From positions 10,416,001 through 10,480,000 of the forward strand of contig JBHGNT010000022.1 in NCBI GenBank assembly GCA_043228905.1: a DNA stretch of 64,000 nt, written 5' to 3'. The position numbers and the translations under genes were made by a program. The notes below the pieces were generated by a model. It did no database searches. It saw only the letters and a program-made list of their open reading frames with translations, and had not been told where the DNA came from. Shown one piece after another: positions 48,358-63,400 of this stretch (position 1 is its first letter; every line of letters starts with the position of its first letter). This stretch comes from Azolla caroliniana (taxonomy: Eukaryota; Plantae; Polypodiophyta).

Positions 48358-51300
48358 TATAAAGATTACGATCCGAGACAACACAAACAGAAAACCTAAA
48401 ACACACAATCACAAACAAAAGACACGGGATTTACGGGGAAACCCTAAACTAGGGAAAAACCATGGGTGCCCTCTAGTCACCAAAAAAAATTCACTATGGT
48501 ATGGGGAGTGTACAAGTAGTTATCTATTCCCGTGGATTACTAGGAGAAAACCAATGCTCTGTTAGGACCACAACTATGAGATGGGCTTTGTATCACTAGA
48601 CAAAGCTCACAAAAAATGGTAGAGGAGAAGAAGGAAAGACCAAACTTGGTTTGGGAGACTATCTAAAACCACTACTAGGGTTGCATCAAAGTTCACAAAT
48701 GCTCCTCTCTTTTGTCTGCACTTCTTCTCCTCTTTTCTGTTCACCCTCCTAGTCTTTGTCACTTTCAATCTATCTCTCACGTTCTTTGCACTTCTGTACA
48801 CTCTCACACCCTTTGTATATCAATGCACCTTATGATAAGTTTTCCCTAACTTCTTTTCGTTATATATGTCTATTTTCGGCCTCTTGGCTTATTCTAACTA
48901 GTCGGCCCTCATTCAGCCTCCTTGCCAATTCCGACTAACCGACCCTGATTTAGCCTCCTGGCCAATTCTGACTAGTCGACCCTCATTCGGCCTCCTGGCC
49001 AATTCAGGCTAGCCAGCCCTCATTTAGCCTCATGGCCGATTTCGGTCAACCGGCCCACATTCGGCCTCTTGGCTGACTTACGACCTTTTAGTCGTCTTCA
49101 CTCCTGTATGGGGGGGGAGTTGACCAGACTAGTCTTCAGCTGGGAAGAAATAAGTTTTTCCATAGAAAAAATCTTTGTAAGCATGAATCCATTTTCATCG
49201 GTATGGATCTTTGCTAGAGCAAACTCATTTTCATCCACTCTCTCTCGTAACTATTTATACCTTCTTTGAATATGCTTTGTATGAGAGTGACAGGCAACAT
49301 TCTTGGCAAGGTGGATGACTCTCTGATTATCACAATGAAGTAGGAATGTTTCTTGCTTCATTCCTAATTCACTTAGAAAATCCCTCATCCAAATCAATTC
49401 CTTGCTTGCCTCTACTACAACCATATACTCAGCCTCTGTAGTCATCAAAGCCACAACCTTTTGCAATCTTGATTGCCAAGCCACAACTCCCTGTACATAA
49501 GTCATCACGTATCCCGATGTGGATTGGATGGAATCAACATCACCAGACATATCAGAATATGTGAAGCCATGCCTAAGGCATACACTCAAAGTACCTTTCA
49601 GGTATCTCAATATCCATTTCATTGCTGCCCAATGCTCCTTTCTAGGATTGCTCATGTATCAATTGATTGTCCCAACAACAAATTCAATGTCCAGCCTTGT
49701 GCAAACCATTACCATTGTTGAGAAGCTTGCTTCAAACCATACAAGTTCTTTCTCAATCTACATGCCAAATTCTATTTTCCTTTCACCTCAAAGCCCTCTG
49801 GCTGTTGCATATAGATTTCCTCTTCTAACTCACCATGCAGAAATATTGTTTTTACATCCAATTGTTCAATCTCTACATTCATACTCGCAACTATGGTCAA
49901 AATAGTCTAGATGGATGTTATCTTTACTCATCAAAATTGACACCCTTTTTCTATTGAAAACCCTTCACCACAATAAGGGCCTTATATCTAGGTTTACTAT
50001 CGTCTTCTCCAGTTTTCAACTTATAAACCCATTTGTTTCTAAGTGCTTTCTTTCCCCCAGGCAACTCCATCAGTTCATAGGTGTGGTTCCCATTCAAGGA
50101 ATCCATGTCATCTTGCATGACACTATACCACTTCTCCTTGTGCACATCTGTCATGGCTTCTTCATAGCATTCCGGCTCACATTCATAAGTCAATAGGACA
50201 TATTAACTGGATGGATACCGAGAGAAGGCCTTCCTTTGGTTAAATGGGTATCTTCTTCCTTCAGTAGCCGGCTCAGATTTGGTTGCTTCTATCGGCTCAT
50301 CTTCCGGCTTAGATTCATGTGCATCAACCTGTTGTTGTGAGCTGCCCGGCTCAAATTAGGTCACATCAGCTGGTTGTGTGGGAGAGTGATCGGCTTGTGT
50401 TGACTACATAGCAGTAGCCAGCTAGGAAGACTACACCGGTTTCTGATGTCTGTAGTCTTCAATCATCTTGTCTTCCATGAATACAATATCACAACAACAT
50501 ACCACTTTCTTGTCAAGGAGATCCCACAACCTGTAGCCGAAACTCATCTTCAAAGTACCCCAAGAATATGCATGGTTTGGACTTGTTGTCCAACTTTGAC
50601 CTCTTATCTTTTGCAACAAGCATATATGCTAAGCATCCGAACACCCTTAAGTTCTGGTAAGAGACATTTCTTCTTGTCCACACCCTCTGTGGGACATCAC
50701 CATCTAGAGGCACCGAGAGAGACTTGTTTATAAGATAAACAACCGTCAACATTGTCTCAGCCCAATACGATTTCGGGAATTTTGCATGTGACAACATGCT
50801 TCTTACCCTTTCCATTATGGTTTGATTTATTCTCTCTACCAAGCCATTAAACTTAGGTGTCTTCGGCATTGTATACTCAAGTTTCATGCCTTGAGTCTTA
50901 TGATACAACTCGAATTGGCCTCTATACTCACCATCGTTATCTGTTCGGACAGATTTCAACATTTGTCCAAATTCTCTTTCAGCCCTCGCATGAAATTCTT
51001 TAAAGACCGACAACACCTGGTCTTTAGTCTTCAGCACGAAAGCCCACAACTTTCTTCTGAAGTCATCAATGAATGTCATAAAGTACTTTCCACCATGATG
51101 CAATTGAGCATTCACATAGCACACATCTATGTGGCACATTCTCTTCTCATCAGAGGCCTAGAGTGAAAGGAAACCCTGTTTTTCATTCAATCTAAGCAAT
51201 CCACACATTTTTCCAGATGCATTCCTTTCACTTATGGCAGGAGATCCTTTCCAACGAGGATATGCATTCCCCTCTTGCTCATGTGGCTGAGCCGTTTATA

Positions 51301-54300
51301 CCACAACTCACCATCTAAGTCAGCCACTACATTGGCTTCATCTAGGCACACATTACATACAATGTGCTCTACTTTTGTGCTCAAGCCACAATCAAGCTTC
51401 CCTTGCAAAACTTGCATGCACCATTGTGAAAGCTACCATTGTAGCCTTCATCAACCAACTGTCCGGCCAATATCAGATTCAATCTGATATCGGGAACATG
51501 GCATACTTCAATATTAACCTACAACCAATAGATGTTAACAAGCACACATTTCTGATACCAAGAATCTTGCATGCACCATTGTTTCCCATATTTACATAGC
51601 CATAGTCATCGGTTGTGTAAGATTAGAAACATTCTCTTTTGGGGGTTAGGTGAAACACACCAGAATCAACTACCCAAGAGCACTCAACATTCGCAAGATT
51701 CACACAAGCTTGTTCACAGATGAATAGTTATTCTTCCTCAATGGCTGCAATAGTTGAAGACTTTTTCTCATCAGAAATTTTCTTAGGCTCTACACCTATC
51801 AGCATTGCTTTTGTCTCTCTTAAGGTGTCTACAGTTCTTTTGGAAATGGAACGGTTTCCCATAGTAGAAACATGTGAGTATTCCTCTAGACCTTGACCTA
51901 GCTTGGGACTTGTCTTTGAAGAGAAATGGACCGCAAATGGACACGAAAGATAGACTGAAATGAAGATACGAAACATGAAAAAAACAACAAAACACACAAT
52001 ACACAATATTTTATGTGGAAACCCTATACAAGGGAAAAAACCACGAGCAACCGAGAATCACTACTATAATAGAAATATGCAAGGAAGAACATATTACAAC
52101 TCTCTCTTGATACATAGTGTATCAGCCACACAGGGCTCTTGGCGTCTCTTGTAACACATCTATGGCACCGCTCACTCATGTGCCCTCACCTTCCTACACT
52201 CTATCTTCCACTCTCTATCTTACATTCTCTATCTTTTTCTTCTTTATGTTTGCCCTAGGTGTATTTATACTCCTACACATTATGGGTTATTTACAAACAT
52301 AGCCTTCATTATTATTATTAATCCAGTTGATCAATTGACTAGTCAACTCCTATCTTGATTTTCTAGTCAGCCTGAGTATTCGACTCCATTGTCAGTTATC
52401 CAGTTGGCCTGACTAGTCATCCTCGTCTTTGACTTGAACTGTCGGCTCTTCCTTGGCCTGACCAATCGGCTCCTCCATACGAGGGACATATTTCTAACAA
52501 ACTCCCCCTTCACTCCTATGGGGGAAGTCGGTCATTCCAGCCTTTGTCGATAGACTCTAAATCTGTCCATAGGTAGGTTCTTGGTGAGCATGTTGGATCC
52601 TTTATTGTCAGTATGGATCTTCATGAGGGTATACTCTCCTTCGTCCACTTTCTCTCACAACCAGTGATACCAGATGTATGGCATTCTGACTGTCACAATG
52701 AAGTAAGAATTCTCTTTGCTTCACTCCCAAATCACTGAGAAAATTTCTCACCCATATCAGCTCCTTGCTAGCTTCTATTGCGGCGATATACTTTCCCTCT
52801 ATGGTCAACAAAGCCATAGATTTTTGTAGTCTTGACTGCCACGACAATTCTCTCCCTGCATAGATCATCACATCACCTAATGTGGATCGGCTTGAATCTC
52901 CGTCCGCCGACATGTCTAAGTCAGTAAACCCTTCGAGTATAGGTTTTCCGACACCATACCTAAGGCACACCCCCAAGGTGCCTTTCAAGTACCTGAGTAT
53001 CCATTTGACTGTTGTATAGTGTTCTCTTCTTGGATTACTCATGTATCGGCTTACTGCTCCCACAACAAATGTTATGTCTGGCCTCGTACAGACCATAACA
53101 TACATTAAACTACCGATGGCCGAGGCATATGGTACTTTCCTCATCTCGGCCTTTTCGTTCTCCCTTTTTGACCATTGCTTGGCATTAAGCTTGCAGTTTA
53201 TCGACAATGCAGAACTGACTGGCTTTGCTTCTGACATGTTGAACCTCTCCAAGGTCTTTGTGAAATATCCCTATTGTGACAACCATAGCAGTTTCCTAGT
53301 TCTGTCCCGAACTATGTGCATCCCTAAGATCAGTTTGGTCGGTCCAAGATCTTTCATGGAAAATGACTTGCCTAGTGCTTTCTTCAAGCTCCCAATCTTC
53401 TTGGTGTCTTGTCTGACTATTAACATGTCTTCCACATATAACAAGAGAATCAGTAAGTCGCCTTCTTCATACCTTTTGACAAACACATAATGATCAACTT
53501 GTGTTTTGTGGAACTCATGTTTCAGCATGAAGGATTCGAACTTCTTGTACCATTCGCGTTGAGCTTGCTTCGGACCATACAAGCTTTTCTTCAGTCGACA
53601 CACCCGGTTCTCTTTTCCTTTCTCTACAAAGCCTTCGGGTTGTGGCAGATAGATTTCTTCGTCTAACTCCGCACGCAAGAATGTTGTCTTGACATCTAAC
53701 TCTTCAATCTCTAGATCCATACTAGCAGATCTGTTGAGAACAATTCGGATGGATGTCATCTTCACGATTGGTGCGAATATCTCATCAATGTCAACACCCT
53801 CTTTATGTTGAAATCCCTTCACCACAATGCGGGCTTTATATCTAGGTGTGATTTCGACTTCTCTAGTCTTCACTTTGTATACCCAATTATTCCTGAGTGC
53901 TCTCTTACCAAATCCTATAGCTCTGTTGACTCCGACTCATATGTGTTTGTCAGTTGCTCCAAGTCGACAGACTTCGATTGGACTATTCCGACTGGCTACC
54001 TTCTCCCAGCCGGCTGTGTCGGTCGGCTAATCTTGTGTTCAGAATCGAATGAGAAGATGACCCTGACTGTTGTTCTCCTAGTTGTTTGGTAGGGTACACA
54101 ATAGCAACAACGACTGCATAACATCATCTGGGGGGGAACTTGGTTTCCGCAAGTTGATTTACCAGCCCAATTAATGTGTTGATGTGTACCACTATACTTT
54201 CTCCATCTCTGTACTTCAGCCTTACTATCTTTCTCATCAAAGATGTCTTGTTGAGGGCATTCTTCCTCTTGTACAACCCTGGCAACTTCTACCACATCTC

Positions 54301-56000
54301 GTAGGCATTTGTGTCGTTAGCCACATGCTGAAGGAAACTCACATCTATGCATTGTCTGATGATGGCCACGTCCTTCTTGTTCAAGAGTTTCCATTCAGTC
54401 TTGAATACCCTGTCGGTATTTCTTCTCTGTCGATGGGCTCGTACAAATCTTTGACAATGAGAAGATTTTCCAATTGGAGTAGTTATGTGAGTTTAGTCCT
54501 ATCATCCTTGGAAAGCCACTCACACCTCCTTCCATTTCTACACCCGACGCTCTGATACTAGATTGAAGAGAAATGAACCGCAAATGGACATGAAAGATAG
54601 ATTGAAATGAAGATACGAAATAGGGAAAAAAGTGCAAAACACATAGTACCCAATATTTTACTTGGAAACCCTAAACAAGGGGAAAAACCACGAGCAACAG
54701 AGAATCACTACTATAACAGAGATATACAAGGAAGAATAGATTACAACACTCTCTTGGTATAGATTGTATCAACCACACAGGGCTCTTGGCGTCTGCTATC
54801 ACACAGCTATGTCGCCGGTCACTCATGTCCTCTCACCTTCCTACACTCTATCTTCCACTCTCTATCTTACATTCTCTATCTTTTTCTTCTCTATGTTTGC
54901 CCTAGGTGTATTTATACTCCTACACATTAGGGGTTATTTACAAACATAGCCTTCATTATTATTATTAATCTCAGTTGATCAGCCGACTGATCGACTCCTA
55001 TGTTGATTTTCTAGTTGGCTCGACAAGCCGAATCCCATGTCGGCTATCCAGTCGGTCCAACGAGCTGACTCAATTAGTCGGCTCCACTGTTGACTATCTA
55101 GTCGTCCTCGTCATTGTCTTGGACTGTTTGCTCTTACTTGGCCTTCGACCAGTGGGCTCCTCTCATAGGAGGGATATATTTCTAACAATCTCTATTCCGA
55201 CAACACGTATGTTTACTTCTTCATCTACCAAGGTTTTGTGCCACATTCGCTTCTGATTGAGACAAGGCACTCATATATTTTCTTCTCATCTTTTCGTTCA
55301 GAATGGTTATCTCTACTACTTGTAAAGATAGGTTCTCTTCTTGTCAAGAAGCACCAAGTGACACTACTAGGTTTTCCCAACTGTCTGGTTGGGAAGAAAG
55401 TAGTAACAGGGCTTGTAGCGCATCATCTAATGGGAACTTCGCTGAAAGTTGGTTAACTAACCCCATGAAAGTACTAATGTGCACCACAATGCTATTGAAC
55501 CATTTGTGTACTTTAGCCGCACGAACTTTCTCATCAAAGAGGCTTTGTTGAGAACATTTTTTCTTTCATTTAGGCTAGAGAGCTTATGCCACGGGTCATG
55601 GGCATTTGTATCGTTTGCCACATGTTGAACAATGCTCACTTCTACACACTGTTTGATGGTTGCCACACCTTTCCTATTTAGGATTTTCCACTCAGACTCT
55701 ATTACCCCCATTGGTATTTCCTTCCTATCTATCAACACATATAGATCCCTACCTATTAGAAGATCCTCCATCTTGATCTTCCTGTCTGAGTAGTTATGGG
55801 AGTCTAAGACTATCATTCCTAGAAAACCGCTCACTTTTCCTTCCATCTAGAACATAATGCTTTGAATCTACCAGTTTGTAAAGATTAAGATCCGAGATAA
55901 CACAAACAGAAAACCTAAAACACACAAGCAGAAACAAAAGACAAAGGATTTACATGGAAACCCTAAACCAAGGAAAAACCCATTTAGGGACAATAACCTT
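48358..56000 (-). mobile_element. Degenerate Tnt1-like copia (3' LTR from 48358; truncated 5' LTR from 55877) hosting a nested copia
   Basis: LTR ends AAAGATTAxGATCCGAGAxAACACAAACAGAAAACC at 48361 and 55880; gag 55457-55846, IN 50513-51139, RT/RNase H 49251-50193. Confidence 0.85.
51917..55187 (-). mobile_element. Internally deleted copia (LTRs 51917-52499 and 54564-55187), gag N-terminus joined to RT/RNase H
   Basis: Paired LTRs TGAAGAGAAATG...TTTCTAACA; PBS gctctgatacta 54549-54560; PPT ~52501-52511; no protease or integrase between ~53900 and 54050. Confidence 0.88.
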
Positions 56001-56799
56001 ATGCATGATAGTAAACCTTTTTTAAATAGCCATGACCACAACAAAAACAATATGAAAATGATTTTTTTGTAAAACATTGGTTCGTTTGGACTTTAGCAAC
56101 ATGTCTAAAGAGCTAAAAACGCCTAAATTTCTCGTGAAGCATCTTTCTCATTTGCTGCAAGTGACAAAAATGATAAAACAAGCTTTAAATTAAGTGGCTA
56201 TGATTTGTCACAATGAGGATGTAATCTTTGAAAATTTAGACCGGCCCGTTATAGGTTGCATGGAACTATGGTAGGACACATTCCTAAGCCTTTTTTATTT
56301 TATTGTTTCTAACACTTCAGATGTTTTCCCAGTGTCAAAATCACCAAAATTATTCAGTTTAACAATGTTAAAGTTTTATATAAGATTGATCTCTCTTTGA
56401 ATTCAGATTTTTAGCTTTATGGTAATTAGTAATGCATGTAAATTTCTAACCAAATAATTTGAAAGATATACAAAGCCTTGGAGAGAAATTTGACATATAC
56501 TTCTTATCTTATCTTCACATATTATCATCCCCATTACTTTTATTTAAGGATTTTTCTAACATCTACGACATTGGGAAAATTGTTTCCTAAAGAGATCTTC
56601 TAACTCCTAACATGTTCACCTTTTGTGTCCCTAATTTTGATCAATTGTTTTTTTCTTTTCTTTTCATAAAAAATATCCTCCATTGGTATTAAAATTAAAG
56701 AAACTATATACATATATTGTGTTGCATCTGTTAAAAACTAATACAACCCCTCCTCGGCATATCCATAGTCTCTATAGCCTCTTTTTAGTGCATTCCATG

Positions 56800-59270
56800 A
56801 GACGATATTTGAAACCATAATTGTGCTAAATGTTTTCTGCATAGTTTCTCCGTTCGAGCATATCTTGAAATTAAACTAGAGCATTGAAAAAGACTTCTTG
56901 CTTGTTTTACGACAAAGACTTCTTAAGCTTCAAGCACACTTCTCAATAAGGAACTTGTTTGCGTGACCTCCATGCAGTACGAGGACATTAAAACATGGAA
57001 GTTGTTCCCTTTCTGTATATCTCCCATGTTGCCGCATGCTTTCAACATACCAGAAAATGTCATCATATTAGGTAAGATGCCTTGCACCAACATTTGAAGA
57101 TAGAGTTGTGTAGCATCCTCATTCTTATCATGCTTAGTATAGCCCAATACATGACAGTCCATTGTACCACATCTCCAACCAACAATAATCCATGAGAAGG
57201 CTCTCGGGCTTCAATTATTGTCTCACATTTATTGTACCAAGAAAAGGATGTTTTTCAAGTCCTTCTTTTGCATTATCACCATGTAATTCCCCTCCTCTTG
57301 TTAGAGAGTCTATGCCAAAACAAGCTTTCAAGAAGCAAACAAATCAAGCAAATTTCTTCTACTTGCATTTGTTCCATGGCATAAAACAGTTGCTTTTCGA
57401 GCCATAGTTAGTATATCCAGACGCCATCACATTCCATTATCAGACCACATTTGATGTACATATCAATCAAAGAGTCCACAGGCATTTAGGATATGTACCC
57501 GTATATGGGGCAATGCCCTTATTTTGAATGTGTTTAAAACAGCCTCAAGCCCTTCATTGCTCTAGTTAACATATAGTCTCCTTTGCACATGACAAGCTTG
57601 AGTGAACACTTAGATCAATAAATAAGTGCAAACTCAGCAACAAGTGCAGTCCAAGAGACTGTACTCAAATATTTAGCATACTCAACAATAAGTGCAGTCT
57701 AAGAGACTGTACTCAAATAGGAACCTATTCAAACACTTTCTGAGATTTTACAAACTCTTTGTATTTGTGGTCTTGACCTTATTTAGCATACTCAGCAATA
57801 AGTGCAGTCCAAGAGATTGTACTCAAATAGGAACCTGTTGAAACACTTTCTAAAATTTTGCAAACTCTCCATATTTGTCATGCATAACTATAAAGAAAAA
57901 GGAGATTGTTGTCTCTCTCACTATATCCATGTTCCACATGTAAATTCATTTTCACATAAAGATCATAAAAAATTCCTGTGCTATTTAGAGGAAACCACAT
58001 TTGGCCTACCTACCCACTAAGGTATTGGCAATGAGGGTCTCAATATGTAACCCTTTCTTCACAATTTGGCATATATTACACTACATTGATTGATGTCTCC
58101 AGTATCACCATAAACTTTCAAGCCAAAAACAAGCACACATGTATTTGGCAATATATTATGCGTTTGCATCTCCTTCATGAGGTTTAGTTCTTCCTCACCA
58201 TGCTCATGTTCTACATAACCAATTATTAATGCAGTCCATAGGATCACATCTTTGACTGGCAAGTTGTCAAAAACTTGACGTGTTACTTCCATCAATCCAA
58301 TTTGAACATACATATCAACCAATGTACTACCAATAAGAAGATCTTTGTCGAATCCTTTCTTAATTATCTCAACATGCATTTCCTTGATGACTACTAGACT
58401 ATTATATGACTTCACGCTGCAAAATAATGGTATAGTGACTTGAGAAACACCTTTTTGTTACATATTCTCGATACAACAGATTAACTTCTCAAAATCCCCA
58501 CATTGAGTTGTTGAGTTTCTGCAAGTAGGTTATATTTAGCATAAACATCAGTTTCCAAAGTACCACTGATAAGGAGCTCATTTTCTAATCTTGTGAGGAT
58601 AATTACAACATATGTTCATGAAACATTTGTAGTGTCTCCATTGCTAGCACAAGCTTTCAAGACACAAGCCAGTAATGTCATCCAATGCAACACCTTCAAC
58701 TCACATTTTCTCATAGCACATGAGTGTCTCCTTATCATATCCATGCTAACCGTCATTTTGCCTTGTGTTCAAAAAAAGTCCATGCTTTCTAGCCAGATCT
58801 ATGTTGGGATGCATTCCAAGAAACCACATACATCTTGAACCAGAAGCCCCTTGAGCACTTTATGTATTTTTCATAGTTTATCACATTTAGCCTACATATC
58901 CAAATCGTTACATTTGGCATACATGTCAACGAACATTGTCTTCCAATAAGCTTTTACAAATTATCTGATCATGGATTCGTTAACACTTAGATATTCCCCA
59001 AGGGCACCACATGCTTTCAAGATACACAATGCATCACTTCTTAACATGTCAACATCCTTGCCACATTGATAGTGGACTATTTCGGCTTTTCTGAATTCAC
59101 CACATTTCGCATACATATCCATCAAAGCAAAATAATAGCACACCTTGAGACAACATCTCGAACCTGAAGCTCCATAACCACTTTATAGGCTTCTCTAGTG
59201 CACCGCCTTTGACATATATAGTAGACAAAACCCTCCCTAAATAGGGCTTTTCTCATGTAATCCTTTCTCT
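56800..59270 (-). pseudogene. PLS-class pentatricopeptide-repeat (PPR) pseudogene
   Basis: ALMDMYAKCGEF, STLVDMYVQIG...VFDNLPVKDVILWTALIIGYVEH, PNMMTFSGMLKACGNMG; many stops and frameshifts. Confidence 0.85.
57625..57875. repeat. Local duplications inside the PPR relic
   Basis: AAGTGCAGTCxAAGAGAxTGTACTCAAATA at ~57641, 57689 and 57799. Confidence 0.8.
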
Positions 59271-59454
59271 CTGTCTGTCTGTCTATCTCTCTCTCTCTTT
59301 TACAATCCAATCTTTCTAGGTGTTGATTCCCATCTAGCTTTGATTTAACCCTGTTTTGTGTACCTCCACTATTTGCTTTGAACCATTTTTACATTGCCAT
59401 TAGCCATGATGACGTTTGCTTTATCACAACCTGAAAAAATGTGCTTTGACCCCC

Positions 59455-60480
59455 ATACGATCTTCACTCATCCTTATCTCACAAAAAATTTCTTCATCAA
59501 GTCCGCATCAACCATGCCGATAACCACCACGTTCCATATGTTAGCACGTCTACGCAAGTGCTAGCTTCACTCATCTTTATCCCCCACACCATCTTCACAC
59601 CATCTTCACATGCTTCAACCCCCCCTCACCATCTTCACTCATCCTTATTCCACAAAAAATTCCATATGCTTCAATCCCTCCCACCACACTAACATCACTC
59701 GTCCTAATGATCAACATAAATCTTCTGCAATAGCTCAAACTCGCCAATCATCTTGCCTTCTCACCGATTTCGATCAAACATCCTGTATAGGCAACAAAAA
59801 TTTAGTGTAAATAATTCCTCACCTACTCATAATATTCTGTTTCACCCTCCACACCATCTTCACTCATACTTATCCTCAAAAGAATTTGCTTCTTAAGTCC
59901 ACATCAACCCTCTCACCGATTACCAACAAATTCTTGTATAAATAATAACAGAATGATTATAAAATGGTTCCTCATCCCCTCATATATTTGCTTCAACCAC
60001 CACACCATCGTCACTCATCCTCTTGTCATGGCAATATGCTATAAAGACAATAACTACATGACAACAACGACAAGACCGTCCTATTTGTTGCACACCCTAA
60101 GAAACCTAAAATCTTCTTCATTCCGTTCACATAACTTCCCACTGACCAACTTGAAATGTTGTTGACTGATTACCACCAACCTCCACCACCCCAACATCAC
60201 TCGTCTCAATCTCGCCAATCATCTTGCCATCTCACCGATTTCCATCAAGCATCCTGACATATAGACAACAAACAAATTAGTGTAAATAATTTCCTCACCT
60301 ACTCATGATGATATGCTTCAACCCCCACACCATCCTCAATCATCCTTATCGCTCAAAATGAATTTGCTTCTGAAGTCCACAACAACCATCTCGCTAATCG
60401 GCACCAAATTCCAGCTTGCCATGTCGTTGACTACCACCAACATCCCAACAACATCACTTATCCTGACAAAAATAGCATCA
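59455..60480. repeat. C/A-rich degenerate repeat cluster (CATCTTCACTCATCCTTAT units and ~150-bp duplications)
   Basis: Motif recurs at ~59459, 59630, 59855 and 60006; block 59685-59830 is repeated at ~60190-60306. Confidence 0.65.
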
Positions 60481-60499
60481 CACATCTATGTTATGTCAT

Positions 60500-63400
60500 G
60501 TTATTTGTACTAAAGATGGTGCCGGTGGTGGGAACAACCAACGAGGTGGTACATAATTCCACTTGACATCTGCGACGTCATTCAACATAATACGAACAGA
60601 TGACCGGACTCTACGAATTCTCATTGTTTTTTTATTAGTTGTGTGTCTAGAACCCTTATAGCTATCATATTCACCTTTAACTGTATGTACCAATAAGTCC
60701 CAAAAAGACTTAACCTAATCCACGATGTGAATGTTTTCATCATTGTATAGCTTAGAACACCTAGCTTTCCAAAGAACCCATAAATCCAAAGAGGAGACAA
60801 TTTGCCGGACATAACTACGGGAGAAAAACTTGATTCCCTACAAGGAGGTCGAAGTAGAGTATACCTGCAAACTTTTGACATGTAATGTCAAGGAAGAATA
60901 ATGATGATGATAGAAAGTCATTTGTTGATCTAACCTTCCCCAGAAGACTGCAGCCCACGTGAAAATCCCCAACCTATCCTTACGACCTAGTAACCTAAGA
61001 ATTCTAAACCAAAGTTTTTTCGCGACCACACATTCCCAAAATACATGATGCAATGACTCACGTACAAAACCACACATAATGCATGACCGATCAGCTACAG
61101 ATCCCCTCATCAAATCAGCTACTGGCAACGCGTAATGAATCATCAACCAACGAAAGTGTAATATCTTGTTCATACATTTAGTTAACCAAAACTATTTCCA
61201 AAACATGAGCATATGAGAAGATGAGGCATTACCTTCCTCCCAATACTTTTTTCCAGCAGGTACTAACTCGGTCTAACTCAACATAAAGTTTCTCCCGAAC
61301 GCCACCGAATATGTGAAGAATGGGAGGACCTTAGTGGAACTATTAGGCATGGACAATTTCCAGCCATAATCTATAGGATCCCACTATAGATCAACGAGTG
61401 GCCTAGAGTGTAAAACCCAAATATGAGATGCATAGTTAGCAATTAAGGGACTAGGGTCAATAAATAATTTTTTATCCAATCTAGCAATTACTCGCACTGG
61501 TAATTGCTTTGCAACAGACATAATTGAAGATTCATCATCTACTAATATCAACCTACCATTATCCAACACTTCATAGAAGTAGAGGCTGCCATTTTGATGA
61601 TATAAACGAGCACCTATAAGTATATTAAGTGTCGAAAACATATCGTACCAACTTTGAAAATGATTGAGCTACAAAGTTGGTACCGTGACATGATACACCA
61701 TGGATAATTGAGATACCATTATCTTTGCCCCTCTTAAGTTAGACAACCTATTCTTTCGGTTCTGTTCCGATGTCTGCAAAAACTTTATCAAATCCGCAAC
61801 TGTACAGGTTGGACCATTGTCCATTACAACCCAAGCTAACCGAGGCCGTAGACCCAACACACATGCAACTTGATCCGTAAATAAAGGGTTCCATATCAAA
61901 GGTTGACGCATGAATTGAGGGTAACTTTTCGGTGGCAAGAAAACAAGTGCTTGACGAATGCTTTCCCATGCTCGAAATATTCCATTAAAGAAACATAACA
62001 ATGTAACATTAGACTTAAGTAATGGAAAATCTGCATTGAAAAACCATCTAAGACTATCATTCCATTGACCACCTATTGATGGCTTGACCTTATTTAAATG
62101 CTGAATCCATAGCTTTTTCCATAACTCCTCTCTTGGCAATAAACTCCTAACGACATGTTTAGAAAGTAAGGCTTTACTTTGCATAAAAGGATCAATCAAA
62201 CCTAGACCTCCTTTCTACTTAGATTGTATAAGAACCGACCAAGCTACCTTTGCTACTGAATTGTCTGACATGTTGTTCCCTTGAATAAAATTTCGTATTA
62301 GACATTGAACTTTAAGAATTATTGTCCTCGAAAAAAGCCATGTAGATGCTATATACCAAATCGAGGACAAAAACACCGAATTAGCTACAACTGTACGTCC
62401 TGCTAAGGATAGCTTTTCCTTATTCCAGTGTATCAACTTATTCCTTAATCTTAACAACAAGCCATATCCTCTACCTTTAATCCCAAACCCACTCTACAAC
62501 CTAAGTAACTAATGGATTGACCTTGAGGTATCAAAGTAAATCTTGGAGAAGGCACATTAACTGGCGGATCTCCTAGAGCAACCCAAAAACTTGATGACTT
62601 TTACCAATTTATTAGTGCACCCGATGCATCTGAGAAATCATCCACAGCCTTTTGCACCTGTGCCAAATTGAATTGTGAGGCCTAAACATATAAAGTTGTA
62701 TCATCAGCAAACTTGATATCCACGACAGCATATGACACTAGTAGTGCTAACCCTTTAATATTTACATATTGAGAATTTAGATGTACAGAAAATGCTTCAG
62801 ATACTAGTAAAAACAGGAAAGGAGCAAGTGGACATCCCTGTCGTACTGATCTTGAAATCGAAAATCTCCTACCAATACCCCTACAAATAAAAGAGAGCTA
62901 TACGCATTACGATATAATGTTGATACTCCTCGTATCCATGTATTTGGGGAACCCATCCTAACCAATGTTCCCTCCATAAAATCCCAGTCCACTCTGTCAT
63001 AAGCCTTTTCAAAATCCAGAAATAACACCGCTAGGTCTTGCTTATGCAATTCCACAAAGGCAACCATTTCCCAAAAGAGGATAATATTATCAAAAATACT
63101 TCTCTCTTGCATAAAACCAGTCTGAGAATCATGAATCAGCTCCGAAAGATAAGGCTGTAGTCGTCTAGCTAACGTTTGTGCTAATATTCTATAAATAACA
63201 TTCAACAAGGTAATTGGTCTCCAATGTTGAAGCTCTTCTAATTGTCCACTTGATTTAGGAATCATATAAATTAAACCCTCCTTCCATTCTTGTGCCATAT
63301 TTCCCGAGTCTAATATCTGTTGGTAGGCTTTGGTCAATCCATCACCTATCAAATCCCAATATTGAATATACCATTGGACTCCCAAACCATCCAAGCTAGG